Of a stretch of 64,000 bases of DNA, positions 61,801 through 64,000 are shown piece after piece (positions within the stretch are counted from its first letter, which is position 1; each line of letters begins with the position of its first letter). The translations under genes were made by a program, and so were the position numbers. This DNA is from Euglena gracilis (taxonomy: Eukaryota), in the NCBI GenBank assembly GCA_039621445.1, contig CP154954.1:6111693-6175692 (forward strand), in the 5' to 3' direction. The notes under the pieces are model-generated. The model searched no databases. It saw only the letters and a program-made list of their open reading frames with translations, and was not told where the DNA came from.

Positions 61801-63945
61801 AGAGATGTTTTTGGCATCCTCACCAGGGGTCGGAGTAACAATGCACTTGATTTTTTACCTGGAAAATTTGCGGTTTCAACAAAAAAAGAATATTATTTTA
61901 AGGGGGAAAAAAAACTAGTCATTAGCGGACGAAAGCTGTCAGTATGACCCAGGTATTGGCCGACTGTCAAGGAAGGATATAAAGAACGTTCACAAGAGTA
62001 GCCCAGCACCCAGGAAGTTGGATTCAGGTGGTTTCCCAATGGGGAGCATCCCCAAAGGGAGGAATGATTGGGTGGCAACAGTGGTCCACACAGAATGGGA
62101 ACTGTCGACAGCTGCACAGTGGTGGTTGGTGTTGGTGGGGCGGCAGAGCACACACCCAGAGGCCCCACCTGCTGCGCAGGAAAGGATTTGTCCTCATCCC
62201 CCTGATGGGAGACGTTGGGGTTTAGGGGTGCACTGTCAACCACACCGCTCAAAAATCACCCCCAGCACTGTGGCGCACTGCTGAAGCCGCCCACCGTTTT
62301 CTGGCGCAATAAACACCCGTATCCGGACAACTTCATCTGCACACCTTAATGTATATAACTTATGCATGTACGTATTTTTACATATATTTTTGTAATATTT
62401 ATATACATGTGCATATATATATGTATATATGTACATACATATATATATAGTTTTTGCAAAAATATTTCCTGCGTTCCACGGGCCGGACCGCTTCTCCAGC
62501 AGCAGTCACCCGAGGGGGGGGGGGTACGCCATACCCACTGTGGGGTCCAGAACGGCCACCCGGTTTCGCGGTCGCGCCAGCCCGGGCTGGCCGGGGCGTA
62601 GATGGTGGACTCCCACGTGACCTGCCGCTGGCCGGCCCACGCCTGCGCGTACGGCACCGCCTGCCCCTCCGGCCCGACGCACTGCCAGTCGCCGAGTGAC
62701 AGCCGGCTGTCCCCCCGGGCACCCCCAGGGCAGGCCGGGCTGAGCACCCACAGACACGCGTGCTGCCCCGGGGGGAACTGCCGCCTCACAGGTCAGCGGG
62801 TACCAGGAACGCTGACACTTTCCCGGGCGGAAACAAGCCGGATACCCGCCCCTCCTGGTCCCCCACCGCCCTGGGGGGGGGGGGGCAAGCCAGCACCTTT
62901 TCTTTAGCCAGCACACAGGACCCCCCCCCAGGGTCTCCTCAAGAAAACGCTTGCTGTCATGCTGGAAAAAAGGTGCTGGCTGAACAGGAGTAGGGACGAG
63001 GTCACGACCAAATGCTCACATTTTTCAAAAACACCACCCCACTCCTGGGGGGGGGGGGGTCCCTCCTGCCCACACACCCAAAATCCAGCCAAAATCGGCT
63101 GAGAACCCCTGAACAAAAAATTCTGGCCCGGCCTTCCAGCCTGGCCCTCCAAAAGCGCAAAAGTTTGACTCATGGCACACCCCACCCCTCGGGAGGTGAG
63201 GTAACTTGGACCCTCAAAAAAAAAAAAAGACGGAAAAAAACACAGGAAAAAAAACATCAAAAACCCACAAATAAACGCAAAAAGACGCCAGCAGCATTTA
63301 AATTCCTTCAGGTGCATCCTCGAGATAATTTAGTTGTTTCACCTTCTCTGGGGTAAAAAATTTTTCATGGAACTAAACTTTGCTGCGTTTCGATTGGATT
63401 TTGGAAGCATGTTGTTTCTAAATCATGCAATTTGTTGTCCAAATTACAAAATTTGAGAAAAAATTGGTCTCATGGATAAAAATCGGGATCAAAGGGTGAC
63501 ATTTTTCCAAGCCAAAACACATTCTCCACATATAAAAACACATTTGTGTCACCCCCTCCTGTTTGTACTAAAAAAAAAAACTCAATCAGCAAAACTAGCA
63601 GGAAGGATAGTTGACTGAAGACAGCGATTCCACGACAATATCGGCCCACGAAGAACATGAAATTGCAGGAGTTTTTAGGCGCCGGGGTTCAGTGACGGCT
63701 CCGGGTTCCACCATGAGACCGGGTCCAGTTCAGGGACATGCACACATCCCCCGCCTGATCCCCCGCCCTTTCCGGCCCACCCTGTGCCTGGTGGTACTCC
63801 GGCATCATGGGGCTGTCGGGGTTGGCGAAGGCAGCGAGGACGGCCTCGATGTCCGCCCCCGGGACAAACACCGCCCGCAGGCAGTGTTGCCCGCCGCACT
63901 TTTGACGTAGGGCCAGGAGCTCAGGAGTTGGGTGTTGACCCCCAA
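54263..63945 (-). CDS. Second VASt domain plus Ser/Pro-rich linker (5' part lies beyond the window); probably the N-terminal part of the TRP gene
   Basis: Exons ~63945-63788 ...DIEAVLAAFANPDSPMMPEYHQ, 62720-62593 ARGDSRLSLGDW...AWAGQRQVTWES, 61699-61597 ...KLVVQHSSCTPG, 60982-60900 APYGTSFRVE, 60344-~60285 HVHFLQRTVMQRLIR, ~59122 onward STAGKELNKFNALLMEKA, 57641-57478, 56280-56117 and 54393-54263. The VASt part aligns motif by motif with the VASt domain at 17-23 kb. Confidence 0.8.
54584..55119. mobile_element. CAGGGGG...CCCCCTG MITE, 7(-8)-bp TSD
   Basis: actggac-CAGGGGGGAGGAAAAAATGCAACTTG ... CAAGTTGCATTTTTTCCCTCCCCCTG-actggac. Confidence 0.85.
55239..55660. mobile_element. CAGGGG...CCCCTG MITE with a perfect 8-bp TSD and internal cargo
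   Basis: cccccaac on both sides. Same family as 10055-10298, plus ~155 bp of extra sequence. Confidence 0.85.
56427..56590. repeat. Compound (AAT)n/(AAC)n microsatellite
   Basis: Seen directly in the sequence. Confidence 0.95.
56893..57251. mobile_element. TA-flanked poly-C/poly-G MITE
   Basis: TA-CCCCCCCCTATGTCCAA ... TTGGACATAGGGGGGGGGGG-TA. Confidence 0.8.
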
Positions 63946-64000
63946 CTGAGGAGCAGAGCTGAGGAGCAGTATGGCGAGCACGACCGAAAAATGTTGCCCC

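Overview
Eukaryotic, intron-rich, repeat-dense DNA. It is very probably from a euglenid (Euglena-like), because most introns lack GT-AG ends and instead have the euglenid nonconventional structure: 3 nt + CAG-like triplet ... complementary CTG-like triplet + 5 nt, with the two ends base-paired. Reading short GC3-rich exons across these introns by hand gives four or five genes, all on the minus strand. These are a complete MAPEG/MGST3-like glutathione transferase (1991-4797), a GRAM+VASt lipid-transfer protein (~6199-29785), a histidine phosphatase of the phosphoglycerate-mutase family (31090-39898), a TRPV-like six-transmembrane channel (~44264-52474) and a second VASt domain (54263-63945, continuing past the window). 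Two results stand out. (1) The second VASt domain appears to splice in frame into the TRP channel, where ankyrin repeats would normally sit, suggesting a sterol-transfer-domain/ion-channel fusion. (2) The introns are full of CAG...CTG-ended MITEs with 7-8 bp target-site duplications; the 3+5 = 8 nt intron geometry equals one MITE plus one TSD copy, and several introns keep a residual TSD. All gene models are manual, with no RNA evidence or database searches.
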